DNA of 64,000 nucleotides from Mobula birostris (GCF_030028105.1 NC_092379.1:16004222-16068221), one strand, 5' to 3'; numbered from the stretch's first letter, positions 1-13,080 are shown. A program made the numbers and translations. Notes: generated from the letters alone by a model not told the origin.

Positions 1-43
1 TCACACTTTTACCTAACGTTGTTTAGTTATTCATCACTGTCAC

Positions 44-640
44 CAGTTATAGAGTCATATAGCAATACAACATCAATAATAGTCCTTTGGCCCAACCAAC
101 CCAATACAACCACCCAGCTAGACCCAATCTCCTGCCTTCTATGCCCTGCCCCTCCACATATTTGTCCAAGTGATTCTACTGTACCTGCCTCATCCACTTC
201 TGGCAGCAGCTTCTACATACTTACCACCCTCTGTGTGGATAAAGTTGTCCCTCAGGCCCTTTTTGAATCTTTCCCTCTCACCAAAGCACATGCCCCAAGT
301 TTTGGATTCCCCCTACTCTGAGGAAAAGACTGTTACCATTCACCTTTATCTATGCCTCTCAAAATTTTAAATACTCTTATAAAGTTGCCATTCAATCTCC
401 TAAGTTTCAAGTTAAAAATTTGTAGTCTGGCCAACCTCTCCCTATAACGCAGGCCCTCTCGTTCTCATAACATCCAGGTAAATCTCTCTCTCTGCTATTT
501 CCAGTTTAACCATGTGTTTCCTGTACCAAAGTGGCACATAATAATTCAAGTGTGGCTCTACCAATGACTAGCACATCTGTAATATAGTGTCCCAACTCCT
601 ATACTGAATGCCCAGCCTGATGAAGGCAATCCCATCGATT
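44..640 (-). mobile_element. CR1-type LINE 3' fragment (decayed)
   Basis: Reverse-oriented CR1 ORF2 C-terminus/3' UTR, similar to better-preserved copies elsewhere in the window (e.g. 63183-63805). Confidence 0.65.
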
Positions 641-689
641 CCTTTTCTCCTATTCATTGCCCTGTAACCAATTTCTCTCACTTGCCCAT

Positions 690-900
690 CAACTTCCACA
701 ATTCTTTGAACAGCCACCTACATAAGCGGCTAATTTAACGTTGGCCAATTGACCTACTAGTACATCTTTAGAATGTGGGAGAAAACCAGAAACTTGAAAA
801 GAAATCCTTAAGGAAAATGTGCAAATTCCACACAGGTGGCACCCACGGTCAGAATTCTACCTGGAGCTGTAAGGCACTAGTATTGTTGCTATGTCACTAT
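690..900 (-). mobile_element. V-SINE (tRNA-derived) fragment
   Basis: Reverse V-domain (gaatgtgggagaaaaccaga...atgtgcaaattccacacag), as in the copies at 8720-8965 and 56880-57140. Confidence 0.55.
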
Positions 901-1078
901 GTCTATATTATCAAGTCAAAGTGGGACAGAACTGAAATTGTCAACATTGCTACCTAGTAGTTTATAAAATTAGCATGTCTTTGAATGAAAATACTGTCTT
1001 TAATGTCTTGTCCTCTAAACGTTTGCATGAATTTGTGTGATCATGGATGACATATGATTTGCACAATTTCTGTTATAG

Positions 1079-1352
1079 GTACATTGCAGGAGCTGATTTC
1101 TCACACAGTTGTTCATTGGGCTCAGGAAGCCTTCATCCAAAATCCAGAACTTGTGCGGCTAATGTTCAGCTTGCTGCATCGACAGTACGATGGCATTGGT
1201 GAACTTATCCGTGCTATGCCAAAGGCCTATATCATTAATGCTACATCTGTGGAGGACACTATGAACTTGCTGGAATGTCTGGGTCAGATTCGCTCACTTC
1301 TCATTGTCCAGATGGGTCCAGAAGAAGAGAGGCTTATGATCCAGAGTATTGG
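1079..1352 (+). CDS. RYR1: Ryanodine receptor 1-like internal exon (equivalent to human exon 39)
   Basis: ttatag|GT acceptor and GG|gtatgt donor; 274 nt. Encodes [50 protein letters not shown]...[29 protein letters not shown], which matches the RyR central/bridging-solenoid region. [17 protein letters not shown] is RYR1-type. Confidence 0.97.
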
Positions 1353-1864
1353 GTATGTATCAAGAAATTGTTAACAAGAATTAAGCAGACTTGCGTTAGT
1401 CCTTCGGTACCATCCAGGAACTATTTGAGCTCCCTTTGAACTGCTCCATTAAAGCTCTTTGAATTCCAATAATCTCTAATGTCTTCTCCCTCATCTTGCT
1501 TCCTCTAAAATGCACCTTCCATGTATGGTGCTGGGCTGTCAGTGCTGCTCCCTTGCAGCTCCAAGGATTCGGGCTTGATCCTGACCACCTGTACTATCTG
1601 TGTGTTCTTTGCATGTTTTCCCTGCGCCTCCACCAGGTGCAATGGTTTCAAACCACTCCCCAAAGACGTCGTCCCCCAATACAAGCTGGCTTATTTATTC
1701 CTGTAATGCAAATGTGGCAGAGGAAACGAGAGGGAAGATGATGGATGTATGAAGGAAATAAGAAGGGTGGAGGGGTAGGGTTAGGATTGATGGGCTTGCT
1801 CTAGTTGGAACTGACAGACCATCAGTCGGCCAAATGCCTTGCCTCTGCATCATAATGCATAAGG

Positions 1865-2300
1865 AAAGTTCAAGTTCCAAGTAAATTTTATTATCAAAGT
1901 ACATATATATCACCATATACAACCCTAGTTCATTTTCCTATGGGAATACTCAGTAGATCTATAGAATAGTAACTATAACAGGATCAATGAAAGATCAACC
2001 AGAGTGCAGAAGACAACAAACTATGCAAGTGCAAATAAAAATAAATAGCAATAAATAATGAGAACACGAGATAAAGAGTCTTTAAAGTGAGATCAATGGC
2101 TGTGGGAACATTTCAGATATGGAGCAAGTGAGTCTAGTTATCCCCTTTTGTTCAAGAGCCTAATGGTTGAGGGGTAGTAACTGTTGTTGAATGTGGTGGT
2201 GCGAGTCCTGAGGCTCTTGTACCTTCTACCTGATGGCAGCAGCGAGAAGAGAGCCTGACCTGGGTGGTGGGGATCTCTGCAGACGGATTTTGCTTTCCTA
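1865..2300 (-). mobile_element. Rex1/Babar-type LINE 3' end
   Basis: Minus-strand peptide DPHHPGQALFSLLPSGRRYKSLRTRTTTFNNSYYPSTIRLLN, typical of the Rex1 ORF C-terminus, followed by a 3' UTR and short repeat tail. Confidence 0.8.
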
Positions 2301-2559
2301 TGATAGCGAGCAAGCAAGCTATTTTTTGTGACCATAGTTGTATCAGTTATAAAATAGAACAGTATAGCACAGTACAAGTTGCGCTGACCTTGTACCCACT
2401 CTTCCCTTTATCTAACCCTTCCTGCTCAAATTACCCTCCAATTTTCATTCATCCATGTGCCTAAGTGTCTTCAAAATGTCCCTAATGTACTGCCTGTCCC
2501 AGCACCACTGGCCCAAGCACCTATCACTCTGTGTTTGAGAAAAAACCTATCTCTTGACT

Positions 2560-3322
2560 CATGTTCCCTCTGAGGTGTGCGCACGCAGACATCTTTTGCT
2601 ACTTGCACACGAAGGAATCTAAACTGCGCACAAAAGGTTGTCACACAATCACATTTCCTTTTCCGGTTCCCAATGCGGACGGTGTTGACAACGTGGCATC
2701 TGTGATGATTTGTCTGCAAATTTTAACACTGGCTTATTTATACTGATTTTATTGAAGAAACTATTGATTCACTGTGTTAAATTCCAAAGAAGCAAAGGGC
2801 GTGAAGCACAAAAGAACTGCTAGTTCATTTAAAGCGGAATGGCGTAATGAAACAGAAGAAACTGCTACACCTAGAGCTCATGAGGTCAGGAACATGCAGC
2901 TATGAGAAATGTTTATGTGCAATATAGAAACTGGTGTTACCTGCGTGTATTGCCATGATGCAAAAGTTGCTAAAGAAATTGCAAATGGGAAGAAATGGAG
3001 TGATATTTGGAAACTTGACATTTCAAAGAACCATTTAGCAAGCAAATCATATATGGACAGTCTACAAGTGCTCCACTGAGAAAATCCTCCATTACCCATT
3101 ACAGACCTGCTATGTATGTTTTGTGAGAGTGCAAATGAACAAGAGTGTAAATGATCAAACACAGAGGAGATCAAAGTTCTTATTGACCGTGTTTTGCTAG
3201 CTGTTAAAATGAGTACCTCTATATATAAAATATAATGTACACATGTTCTTGTCACTGGGCAAAAAATTGCATAGCACAAGACTTTTGAACACACTGGTCA
3301 TGACAAATTAGAGGGAATATTG
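2560..3322 (+). mobile_element. Non-autonomous hAT-like DNA transposon with transposase N-terminal remnant
   Basis: Imperfect TIRs CATGTTCCCTCT / AGAGGGAATATTG. The internal + frame reads FKAEW...GVTCVYCHDAKVA...GKKWSDIWKLDISKNHLASKSYMDS (CxxC...H zinc finger) with TGA stops. Interrupts a CR1 fragment. Confidence 0.65.
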
Positions 3323-3419
3323 CCCACCTCCCCACACATTTCTCCAAACACCTTAAAGTTATACCGCAGAAAAATGTCTCTAGCTGTCCTCATTATCTAT
3401 GAAAAGAGATTGAACTGGT

Positions 3420-5945
3420 CCACAGATTCTAAATTGACCAAGGTGATATTTGATAGTATGAGCCAGCAGCTTGCAAAGGTTGATTGGAGTTGACTCTTTG
3501 CAGGCAAGGGGAGATAGTGAGACTTCAAACTCTGCATGTTCCTGTTAAAGTGTAGGGCAAGGCTGGTAGGAGTTTGGAATCCTGGATGGCAAGGGATATT
3601 GAGGCCCTGGCTAGGAAAAAGAAGGAAGCATGAATCAATATAATCAGCTGGAATCCCTGGAGGACAATAAGGGATACAAAAATGTACTCAAGAAGGAAAT
3701 CAGGAGAGGATTAATGGGGCAATAGATAATTTTGGCAGAGAAGATTAAGGAAAATCCAAAGAGATTGTGTTTATATTAAGGCTGAAAGTGTGACTAGACA
3801 GAGTAGGGCCTCTTAAAGACCTAGGGGACACCTTTGAGTGGAGCCAGAGGAAATGGACAAGATTCTTAGTATTTATATTTCTCCTCTGTTTTTATCCAAA
3901 ACACTGTGGGGGGCTTGAGATGAAATTGTGGGAGCCCAGGCTGAGATACTTGCCTCCTTGTTAGCCCCAGGTGGGGTACTGGTAGACAGGAGGTTAGCAA
4001 ATGTTGAACCTTTAAGAAGGATGACCAAGAAAAATCTGGGAATTTTAGGCCATTAAGTATAACATTTATGGTAGGTAAGTTACCTAAAAGGATTTTGGGA
4101 GATAAGATACATGTGTATCTAGAAATACTTGGGCTAGTAGGGGTAGACAGTGCGGCTTTGTGCATGAAAGATCATGTCTTATGAACATGGTTGAAGTTTT
4201 TGATGATATGAACAAGAAAATTGATGAAGGCAGAATGGTAGACATGGTTGATATAGACCAGTAAGCCTTTAAGGTTCCAAATTGTAGGCTGCCCTGGAAG
4301 GTAGGATGGTGTGGAATACGAGGAAGCTGGCTAAGTGGATATAGAATAGGCTTGATGGTAGAAAGCAGAGGGTAATGATAGAAAGTTGCTGCTAGGACTG
4401 CAGGCCTACGAGCAGTGGTCCACCTCAGGGGATTGGTGCTGGGCCCATTGTTCTTTGTCATCTATATCAATGATTAAATTAGATTATAGATTATTGAGGA
4501 CACGCAGTCCTCTTTTATTGTCATTTAGTAATGCATGCATTAAGAAATCATACAATATTGCTCCAGTGTGATATCACAAAACACAGGACAGACCGAGACT
4601 GAAAAACTAACAAAACCGCATAATTATAACGTATAGTTACAACAGTGCAACAATACCATAACTTGATGAAGAACAGGCCATAGCACAGTAAAAAAGTTCA
4701 AAGTCTCTCGAAAGTCCCACATCTCACGCAGACGGGAGAAGGAAGTAAACTCTCCCTGCCATGCCCGACCACAGTCCGACTCTGAGTTGTCCGAAAACTT
4801 CGAGCTCCGATCAGCCCTCCAACACCGAGTACCGAGTGCCATCTCTGCCGAACGCTTCGACGAACATGATTAATAAGTTTGCAGATGACACTAAAATACA
4901 GGGTACAGTGGACAATGAAGAAATTTAACAAAAATTTAAGGGGGATCTTGATCAACTGAGCATGTGGTTGAGGAATGGCAAAGGCAGTGTTGCATTTTAA
5001 AGTCAAATCCAGGTAGAAATTTTACAATGAAGGGCAGGGCCCTGTGAGTGTTATAGAACAGAGAGGGACCTTGGTACATGATTTACTGAAAGTGGAGTCA
5101 CAGGTAGATAGGATGGTGAAGAAGGCTTTTACCACACTGCTCTTCATAAGTCAGGGCATTGAGTATAAAAGTTGGGAGGTTGTGTGCAGTTATATGAGGT
5201 GAGGCCACACTTGGAGTATTATGTTCAGCTTTGGTCTCTCTGCTATAGGAAGTAAGTTATTAAACTAGTAAGAGTGCAGAAAAAAATGTAAGGATGTTTA
5301 GACAGACTAGGACTTTATTCCTTAGAGTGTAGGGGACTGAGAGGTGATCTTATAGAGGTGTATAAAATCATGAGAAGCATAGATATGGTGAATGTGCCCA
5401 CTTTTTCCCCCAGAGTTAAGTTATCAAGAACTTGAGGGCGTAGATTTATTAGAAACTTGAGGAGCTACATTTTTACACAAAAGGCTGTATGTATATGGAA
5501 TGAGCGGCCAGATGAGGTGGTTGATGCAGGTACAGGCAGGTACACAGAAAGGAAAAGTTTAAGTGGCTGATGGGCTAAATGCTGGCAAATGGGACCGGCT
5601 TAGATGGGGGATCTTGGTCAGGAAGGACCAGTTGAGCTGAAGGGTCTGTTTCTGTGCTGTTATGGGTCCAAATCATTTTAGCCAGAGGGTCATGGATCTA
5701 TGGAATTCGTTGTTTAGCCAGAGGATCGTGGATCTATGGAATTCGTTGCCACATACAGCTGTGGAGGCCCGATCATTGAGGGTGTTTAAGGAGGAGATTG
5801 ATAGGTATCTAATTAGTCAGGGTATCAAAGGATATGGGGAAAAAGCCAGAAATTGGAACTAGATGGGAGAATAGTATAGCTCATGGTGGAGCAGACTCAA
5901 TGGGCCGAATGGCCTACTTCTGCTCCTTTGTCTTGTGATCTTGTG
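3420..5945 (+). mobile_element. CR1 LINE ORF2 (RT) fragments, decayed, two stacked 3' ends
   Basis: RT motifs PQG(L)VLGPLFFVIYIND and KFADDT, C-terminal RPHLEY and GDLIEVYKIM, followed by CR1 3' UTRs. Confidence 0.85.
4478..4865 (-). mobile_element. Young CpG-rich retroposon 3' end inserted in CR1
   Basis: Interrupts the CR1 RT between YIND and KFADD. Minus-strand AATAAA and short-repeat tail resemble Rex1-type tails. Confidence 0.5.
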
Positions 5946-6256
5946 AACTCTGACTCTACCCTTTTTATGATGTATATTGATCTCCATATGATCGCTAACT
6001 AAGACCTCTGATCCCTCCTCCTTATCTTCCTGTGTTAGGTCTTGTTTTCCAGCTCTCGCTTTCTACTAACAGAATGACAGTCTGTTATCTGGTTGGCTAT
6101 CGGGCAAAGAAAAGTGGTAAAGGTGTCCCACTGTTAACTTTGAGGGGATTTCCTGGGACGCTTTAATGTCACCTTTATAGAACTCCTTCTCAGTGAACCT
6201 ACCTCCCTACCCCTCTGCTCCCTCCCTGTAAATATCCAGAAGAACCTTTCACATGT

Positions 6257-6898
6257 CAACACTCACAACACGCTGGAGGAACTCAGCAGGTCGGGCAGCA
6301 TCCATGGAAAAGATTGGTCGACGTTTCGGGCCGGAACCCTTCGTCAGGACTGTAGAGGGAAGGGGCAGAGGCCCTATAAAGAGGGTGGGGGGAGGGTGGG
6401 AAGGAGAAGGCTGGTAGGTTCCAGGTGAAAAACCAGTAAGGGGAAAGATAAAGGGGTGGGGGAGGGGAGGCAGGGAGGTGATAGGCAGGAAAGGTGAAGA
6501 AAGAATAGGGGAAAACACAATGGGTAGTAGAAGGAGGCAGAACCAAGAGGGAGGAGGTAGGCAGCTGGAGGAGGGGGCAGAGTGACATAGGGATGGGGAA
6601 GGGAGGGGGAGGGAATTACCGGAAGTTGGAGAATTCTATGTTCATACCAAGGGGCTGGAGACTACCCAGACGGTATATGAGGTGTTGCTCCTCCAACCTG
6701 AGTTTAGCCTCATCATGGCAGTAGAGGAGGCCATGTATGGACATATCTGAATGGGAGTGGGAAGCAGAGTTGAAGTGGGTGGCTACTGGGAGATCCTGTC
6801 TGTTTTGGCAGACGGAGTGGAGGTGCTCAACGAAGCGGTCCACCAATCTGCGTCGGGTTTCACCAATGCAGAGGAGGCCGCACCGGGAGCACCAGATG
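6257..6898 (-). mobile_element. Penelope-like element 3' part (GIY-YIG endonuclease plus pLTR)
   Basis: Peptide CSRCGLLCIGETRRRLVDRFVEHLHSV...PVATHFNSASHSHSDMSIHGLLYC...RLEEQHLIYRLGSLQPLGMNIEF. The pLTR carries a hammerhead motif. Confidence 0.88.
6317..6350 (-). ncRNA. Minimal type I hammerhead ribozyme motif (Penelope pLTR)
   Basis: Minus strand reads GTC-CTGACGA-AGGGTTCCGGCCC-GAAA-CGTC-GAC; all core nucleotides are intact. Confidence 0.75.
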
Positions 6899-7174
6899 CT
6901 TTCACATGTCATAACCACCGCAGAAGGAAGCAGTAGTTGGCGGTCACCTTGTACTGTCTTTTTCATGCAGACCATAGCTTTGAAACAGCTGATCCAATAC
7001 TACATTAAATGATATGACAGAATCTAGAGTTTTTGAGGAGCCAAGGAAGAGACGTTTTGGTCTCTGTTCCAGATGAACAGTTCTGGTTTTGATCTGAATC
7101 TAAGTCTTGATTCTGTTGTATTCTATTAAAATTAATTTACTTTTTATTTCTTTCTGAAATCCATGGCATGGTAA

Positions 7175-8660
7175 GGAGTCAGAGATAATACAGCACACAG
7201 AAAGGCCTTGTGGCCACCATGTCCATACCTACCAAGTACCCATTTATCCAGATCCCACTTACCAGCAGTTGGTGTGTAGAGCTTTATGCCTTGGTGGTTT
7301 AAAAACTCTTTTGTATCCATTTTCAGTGATATACCTGCCTTCACCACTTACTTCTCAGACAATGTGCTCCAGATTGTAGCCCCCTCTGGATGAAAAATAT
7401 TTTCTTCAGAGTCCTCTTACTCCTCACCTTAATCCATATCCCCTGTTTATTGATATTCCTGTTAAGGAACATCGAACAGTAATGCACAGGACAGGCCCGT
7501 CAGCCCATGATTTAGTGACAAACTAATTAAATCAATAGTTAATTAACCCTTTGACCATATCATTCTTTTTTTCTGCATATTCATGTAAGTAAGTCTCTTA
7601 AATACTCCCATGCTTTCTTCCTCTACCACTGACCCTGGCAGTGCCAGGCTTTTAAAATTCTGTGTGAAAAAACATGCTGCTTCACACATCTTCTTTGTAC
7701 TTTGCCCCTGTCACTTTAAATACATGCCTTTAGGGCTAGATATTTCCGTCCTGAGGAAAAAGATACTGGCTGTCTATTTTATAATTTTATATAATAGAAT
7801 GTAATTTTACAAACTCTCCTCAGCCTCTACTGCTTCAGAGAAAACAACTCCCATTTGTCCAACCTCTCCTCACAGCACGTCCTCCAAACTAGGCAACATC
7901 ATGCTAAATCTACTCCGCTCTTCCTTCCTACAAAGGGACGACTAGAGTTGATTGCAATACCCCAGAAACTGCTTGATCAGAGTTTTATAAAGCTGCAACA
8001 TAACAACACCCTTCCTCTTGGACTCAACACCTTGATTAATTTTACAGAATTACTTACCTGGATCCCAAGATCCTTCCGTTCATCAATATTATTAAAGGCC
8101 TTGCTATCACTTTACATTTGAATTCCAAAGTGTAATAATTTACAATTGGCTGGATTCATTCCATTTGCCATCTCTCTGTCCATATCTGCAATTGACCTAT
8201 ATCATGCTGTATCCTTTGACAATCGTCTGAGCAATCCACAACACCAATAATCTTTGTATCATCTGGCTCATTCTTTTTCATTCTACTCATTTACAGTGGT
8301 CCCAGTACCCCTTAATAACACCCCTAGTCATAGCCTTCCATCCAGAAAAGACCCATCTGCCACTACCTTCTGTATTCTATAGGTAAGCCAGTTTTTGATC
8401 CACTGAGACAAGTCGCCTGCTATGATAAGATATTTCCTACTATATATCCTATTTAGACCCTTCATAATTTTGTACTATACCACAAACAGCACTCTCCCCC
8501 CGCCACCCACCAGCGTCCTATGTTCCAAGGAAATCAAACACAACCTTCCAAGTCTTTCCTCATAACTGAATGGTTCCATCCCAGGCAACGTCCTGATAAA
8601 TCTCCTCCACACCCTCTGTAATGTGATCATATCCTTCCTATAGTGTGGTGACCAATGTTT
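7175..8660 (-). mobile_element. Several stacked CR1 LINE 3' fragments
   Basis: Repeated reverse CR1 3' UTR starts (e.g. acagcacacagaaaggcc, gcacaggacaggccc) and decayed RT sequence. Confidence 0.6.
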
Positions 8661-8719
8661 TGATATGAAAACAGACCATTAAGCCTGTGCTCAATCACTT
8701 TAATCATACACTAATCCCA

Positions 8720-8965
8720 TTTTTATTCTCCTGGCTTTCCCACCATCTTCCCAAATTTTCCCTCTTGCCTCCACACTAAGGGTAATTTACAGTACCAAAT
8801 TAACCTAACAACCTGCACACGTTTGAGATGTGGAGGGAGACCGGGGGGTGCGGAGGAAACCCAGGCAATCACAGGGAGAATGTGCAAACTCCACCTCAAC
8901 AGCACTCGAGGTCACGATCAAGTTCAGGCCATTGGAGCTGTAAGGCAGCATCTACCAGTTGCCTA
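8720..8965 (-). mobile_element. V-SINE
   Basis: Reverse V-domain (gatgtggagggagaccgg...gaggaaacccaggcaatcacagggagaatgtgcaaactccac) with a tRNA-like head. Confidence 0.7.
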
Positions 8966-9644
8966 GGTGGATAGTTTTGTGCAAGGAATTTATTTATGGC
9001 GACTAGAGGCAGATTACAGCTATTTTCTGTACCTCAGCACTTCAGTTGTGGAGTCTTCCCATGGATTTAATTTTTTTCCTTGTAATAAAACAGATTTTTT
9101 AGGACACCAAGTTAAAGGATCTTATACCTGATTCTATTTCCTGTTGATACCCAGAATCTGCTAAATCAACTAACTGAAAATGATCGTAAAATGCAGCCCA
9201 AAAATTCAGTTAATTGAAGTCATTCACCAAAATCAAGGCCAAGGAAAGCATCGCCATAAGAAGAATTTTAACCCTGGTGAAACCGTTATCACTGAGAATG
9301 GGCTTCAACTAACTAGTAATAAACTGGTCGGTGGCTTAGTGGCATCAGCACTGGCCTTCGAGGTGAATGGTGCTGGGTTCAAATTCAGCTGGCTCCTTGC
9401 ACACTTTCTATCCGTCAGGCTAGCAACTCAGCCTCATGAAAAAAGGGAAAATGCTAAAAAAAATGGCACAGGCACGGACAGGCATGACAGCAACTCGAAA
9501 TAGCTTTTATATTACAATTAAAATAAGGTTATGAATTTGACAATAGAGTGATACTATCCAATAAATCAATGTTTAAAATATGCTGTGATACTAATATTGT
9601 AATATTAGTACATTCTTACAAAAGCTAAATGAAAAGATATATAA

Positions 9645-9794
<150 letters not shown>

Positions 9795-9912
9795 TAACCT
9801 GAGTTCTGAACTGAATTGCATATTATTTTAGAAGCTGAGTCAGTTGCTTTATATCTCATTCATGTTTTGTCATATTTCATAGCATTCAATGATAAGAATA
9901 TATGAATAAATA

Positions 9913-10364
9913 CATTCAGTGGCCAGTTTATTATTTACGTTTATAATGAGTGTATGTTTGGTGTCTTTTGCTGCTATAGCCCATCCACCTTAAAGTTCAA
10001 TCTGTTATGCATTCAAAGATGCTCTTCCGCACACCATTGTTGTAGCATTCGGTTATTTGAGTTATTGTCGCCTTCTTGTCAACTTGAACCAGCCTGGCCA
10101 TTCTCCTCTCTCGTTAATAAGGCTTCTTCGTCCACAGAATTGCCACTCACTGGATGTTTTTTGTTTGTTTTTCATGCCATGCTCTGTAAACTCCAGAGAC
10201 TGTTGTGCATGAAAATCCCAGGAGATCAGCAGTTTGGTCTGAGTAATAACTGAACCTTGTGACAATGTCCACCTGCTTTTATGTGTTGAGTTGCTCCCAC
10301 ATGATTGGCTGATTTGACGTTTACATTAATGAGCAGGTGTTCCTAATGAAGTGGCCACTGAGTG
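9913..10364 (-). mobile_element. Tc1/mariner non-autonomous element
   Basis: TA-flanked TIRs CATTCAGTGGCCAGTTTATTA / TAATGAAGTGGCCACTGAGTG. Internal Tc1 transposase remnant KTSSEWQFCGRRSLINERG. Confidence 0.85.
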
Positions 10365-10497
10365 TAAATAGAATTGATCTTTCTATAGAGCACAGCAATG
10401 AGTTCCATTCAGAGCCATTCCAGGCTCTGACTTCTAATCGTGTCAGTTTATTTCCTCTCTGCCATTCAATTTCCTTTCATATTGATTGATCTTCTAA

Positions 10498-10715
10498 GGT
10501 CGGCTGGTGGCACAGTGAGATCAGCACTGGGCTCGAGAACGGAGGTTCCCGAGTTCGATCCAGTGACAGACGGCTCCCGAGCACGCTCTCCATCTGTGCC
10601 GGGTTGATGTCGAGCTCGCTACTCGACCTCGTAAAAAAAAAACACTTCCACCTCCAGTTTAAACTCTCATGCGGAATATTGTGGAGGATCAAATACTGTA
10701 CCCAAAACCCAAAAA
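10498..10715 (+). mobile_element. Young tRNA-derived SINE
   Basis: Pol III A box TGGCACAGTGAG (10508) and B box GAGTTCGATCC (10551); CpG-rich; (CCCAAAA)n tail. Decayed relatives at about 9325-9500 (+) and 37500-37690 (-). Confidence 0.75.
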
Positions 10716-11049
10716 CTAGTAGGCCATGGGTTCTGGACCAAGATTTTTTTCTTTTGCCTTCTAGTTACATCTCTTAAAACTTTAAATTCTCGAATCAGCT
10801 AATTAAAACAGCTTTTCTAACCTAATCTGAACATGCTATAAATCTTGCAGATTTCTATCTTTTTATTTAAAAGGGAAAAAATATTGTATGTAGTTTTTCC
10901 AACTTCTGTAACCTGGTAAAAATTGTTCATTCATGGAATCATTCTGGTAAACCTCAATTGGATATCATCCTTCCTAAAATGTGTTGACCAGAATTAAACA
11001 TAGTACACTGTCTGGCCTAACCAGAACTTTATAAAGGTTCAGAATAGCA

Positions 11050-11705
11050 CAGCAGAACATGGAACAGTACAGCACAGGAATGGACACTCTGGTACTAGGT
11101 ATTGTGCAGAACTAATGAGACTAGTAATTAAATGCCCTTTCATGTGTCTAGCTAATACCCTACTAAATGTCTCTATTGCCTCCACTACCACTCATGACAG
11201 CACGTGCCAGTCATCCACCACTCTCTGAGTTTAAAGCAGTTCTCTTTGAACTTACCACTCACCTTAAATGCATGTCCTCTATTGGGAAAATGGTCCTAGC
11301 TGTCTACTCTGATTATGTCTTGCATGTCCATATGAAAGTCTCTTCTTAACCATCAGCGTTCCAGAAGAAACAACCCAAGTTTGTCCAGTTTCTCCTTATA
11401 ACCTGTGCCCTCAAATCCAGGCAGCATCCTGGTCAACATCTTCTGCACCAATTCTGAATCCAAATGGTCAAATCGGCATCCATTTTAATTTTCTGAGTGA
11501 ACATATGATTAGGGGCCTTGATAAACATGTCACTAAAATCCACGTGGATAAAATCTACACCTCCACCTCCCTGAAAAACTTCAAGTTTGTAAGATGTGTT
11601 GCCCTGCACAAAATCACGCTGAATGTCCCTAATTACATCATGATTTTCGAAATGTTCATGAATCCTATCCCTAAGAATCCTCTCTAGTAGCTTCCCTACC
11701 ATCGT
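11050..11705 (-). mobile_element. CR1 LINE fragment
   Basis: Peptide VGKLLERILRDRIHEHFENHDVIRDIQRDFVQG (CR1 RT) plus a reverse 3' UTR. Confidence 0.75.
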
Positions 11706-11801
11706 TGGGTTTTGATTTTCCTTATGACTTCAAGAGCAGGAATGGACTTTTTTTTACAGTAATAAATGTTCATTATAGTTCCATTGTCCTATTTTTTATA
11801 G

Positions 11802-11966
<165 letters not shown>

Positions 11967-13080
11967 TAAGTTCAACTCTTAAATGAAGATACTTCATTTA
12001 AAAACTAGTTTAACACTAACGTTTAGAAATTTAGGTATTTTGTACTGCTTTCTTTCATCCTGTTGGATAACTTAGTATTACAATGAATAAATACCACCAG
12101 ACTAGACTTGCCCGGGCATCATCCCTGAAGAAGATGGCAGAGTTTGTTATTGAAACTTTGGTTACAATTGATACCTGTACCCAGCTTGAATCCTGAGAAG
12201 AGCTTGTTAATTATTTACACCAGGAAAGCCCTAGATCCTGTTTTATTATTACAAATTTTGATTGTCACTTGATCGATGACTGACACGTAAGATACTTACT
12301 GTTTTTGTGGCATACTGGAACTTCCATATATGTTTTACCTTGAATGAATCCATTTTGCTATCACACTCTCTGATTGTCAATTTGCAGCCTTATAGAATCT
12401 GTCTAAAATGGCCTATGGAGACTGTTTAATTCAATTAATTGCATTTCCTGAAACATGTCTTGACTTCAACTTTCATATTCCTTGATGACCGTGACTAGTT
12501 GAAATATGGCATTAGATCAAAGGGAGAGTTTTGGTATTCACAGCTTTAGTTAGGTACAAAGTCTGCCGTGGACTCGTAAAATATGGCAGCTAAGGTGGCC
12601 TTCCCCAGTTAAATTTTGACTAATGAAGATACTAAATTGATGAAATTATATGCCATTCTGTTTCTAATGTCACAGAGAACATTTTGGGAATTGCAGAAAT
12701 GAACAGCAGTTGCCATATTCTCTGCCATTGCAACTTGCAAATTCTATAAAATCCTGGTTAAACTATACTTGGAGTCCTGTGTCCGGTTCTGGTTGCCTCA
12801 TTGTAGGAAGGATGTGGAAGCTTTAAAGAGCGTGCAGAGGAAATTTAACAGGATGCTTCCGGCACTAGAGAGCATGTCTTATGAGGGCGTTGAGTGAGTT
12901 AGGGCTTTTGTCTTTCAATCGAAGGAAGATGAGACTACTCTCTCACTGCAGCAGTTGGAGGTTCCCGCCTGCTTCAAAAGGGCAACAATCATACCAGTAC
13001 GCAAGAAGATCAGGGTGAGCTGGTTCAATGACTATTGCCCAGTTGCACTCGCATCTACTGTGATGAAGTGATTTGAGAAG

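Noticed and set aside
4470-4873. ATGATTAA direct repeat as the TSD of the 4478-4865 insertion
   Set aside because: Both words resemble separate parts of the CR1 RT consensus, so an insertion with a small deletion is more likely.
6053-6122. Cryptic RYR1 cassette exon (tactaacag acceptor, gtaaag donor)
   Set aside because: All candidate lengths (44, 50, 64, 70 nt) break the frame, there is no RyR similarity, and the flanking exons already join perfectly.
10498-10570. tRNA gene
   Set aside because: It has A and B boxes but no convincing cloverleaf and continues into a SINE body and tail; the same applies at 34168.
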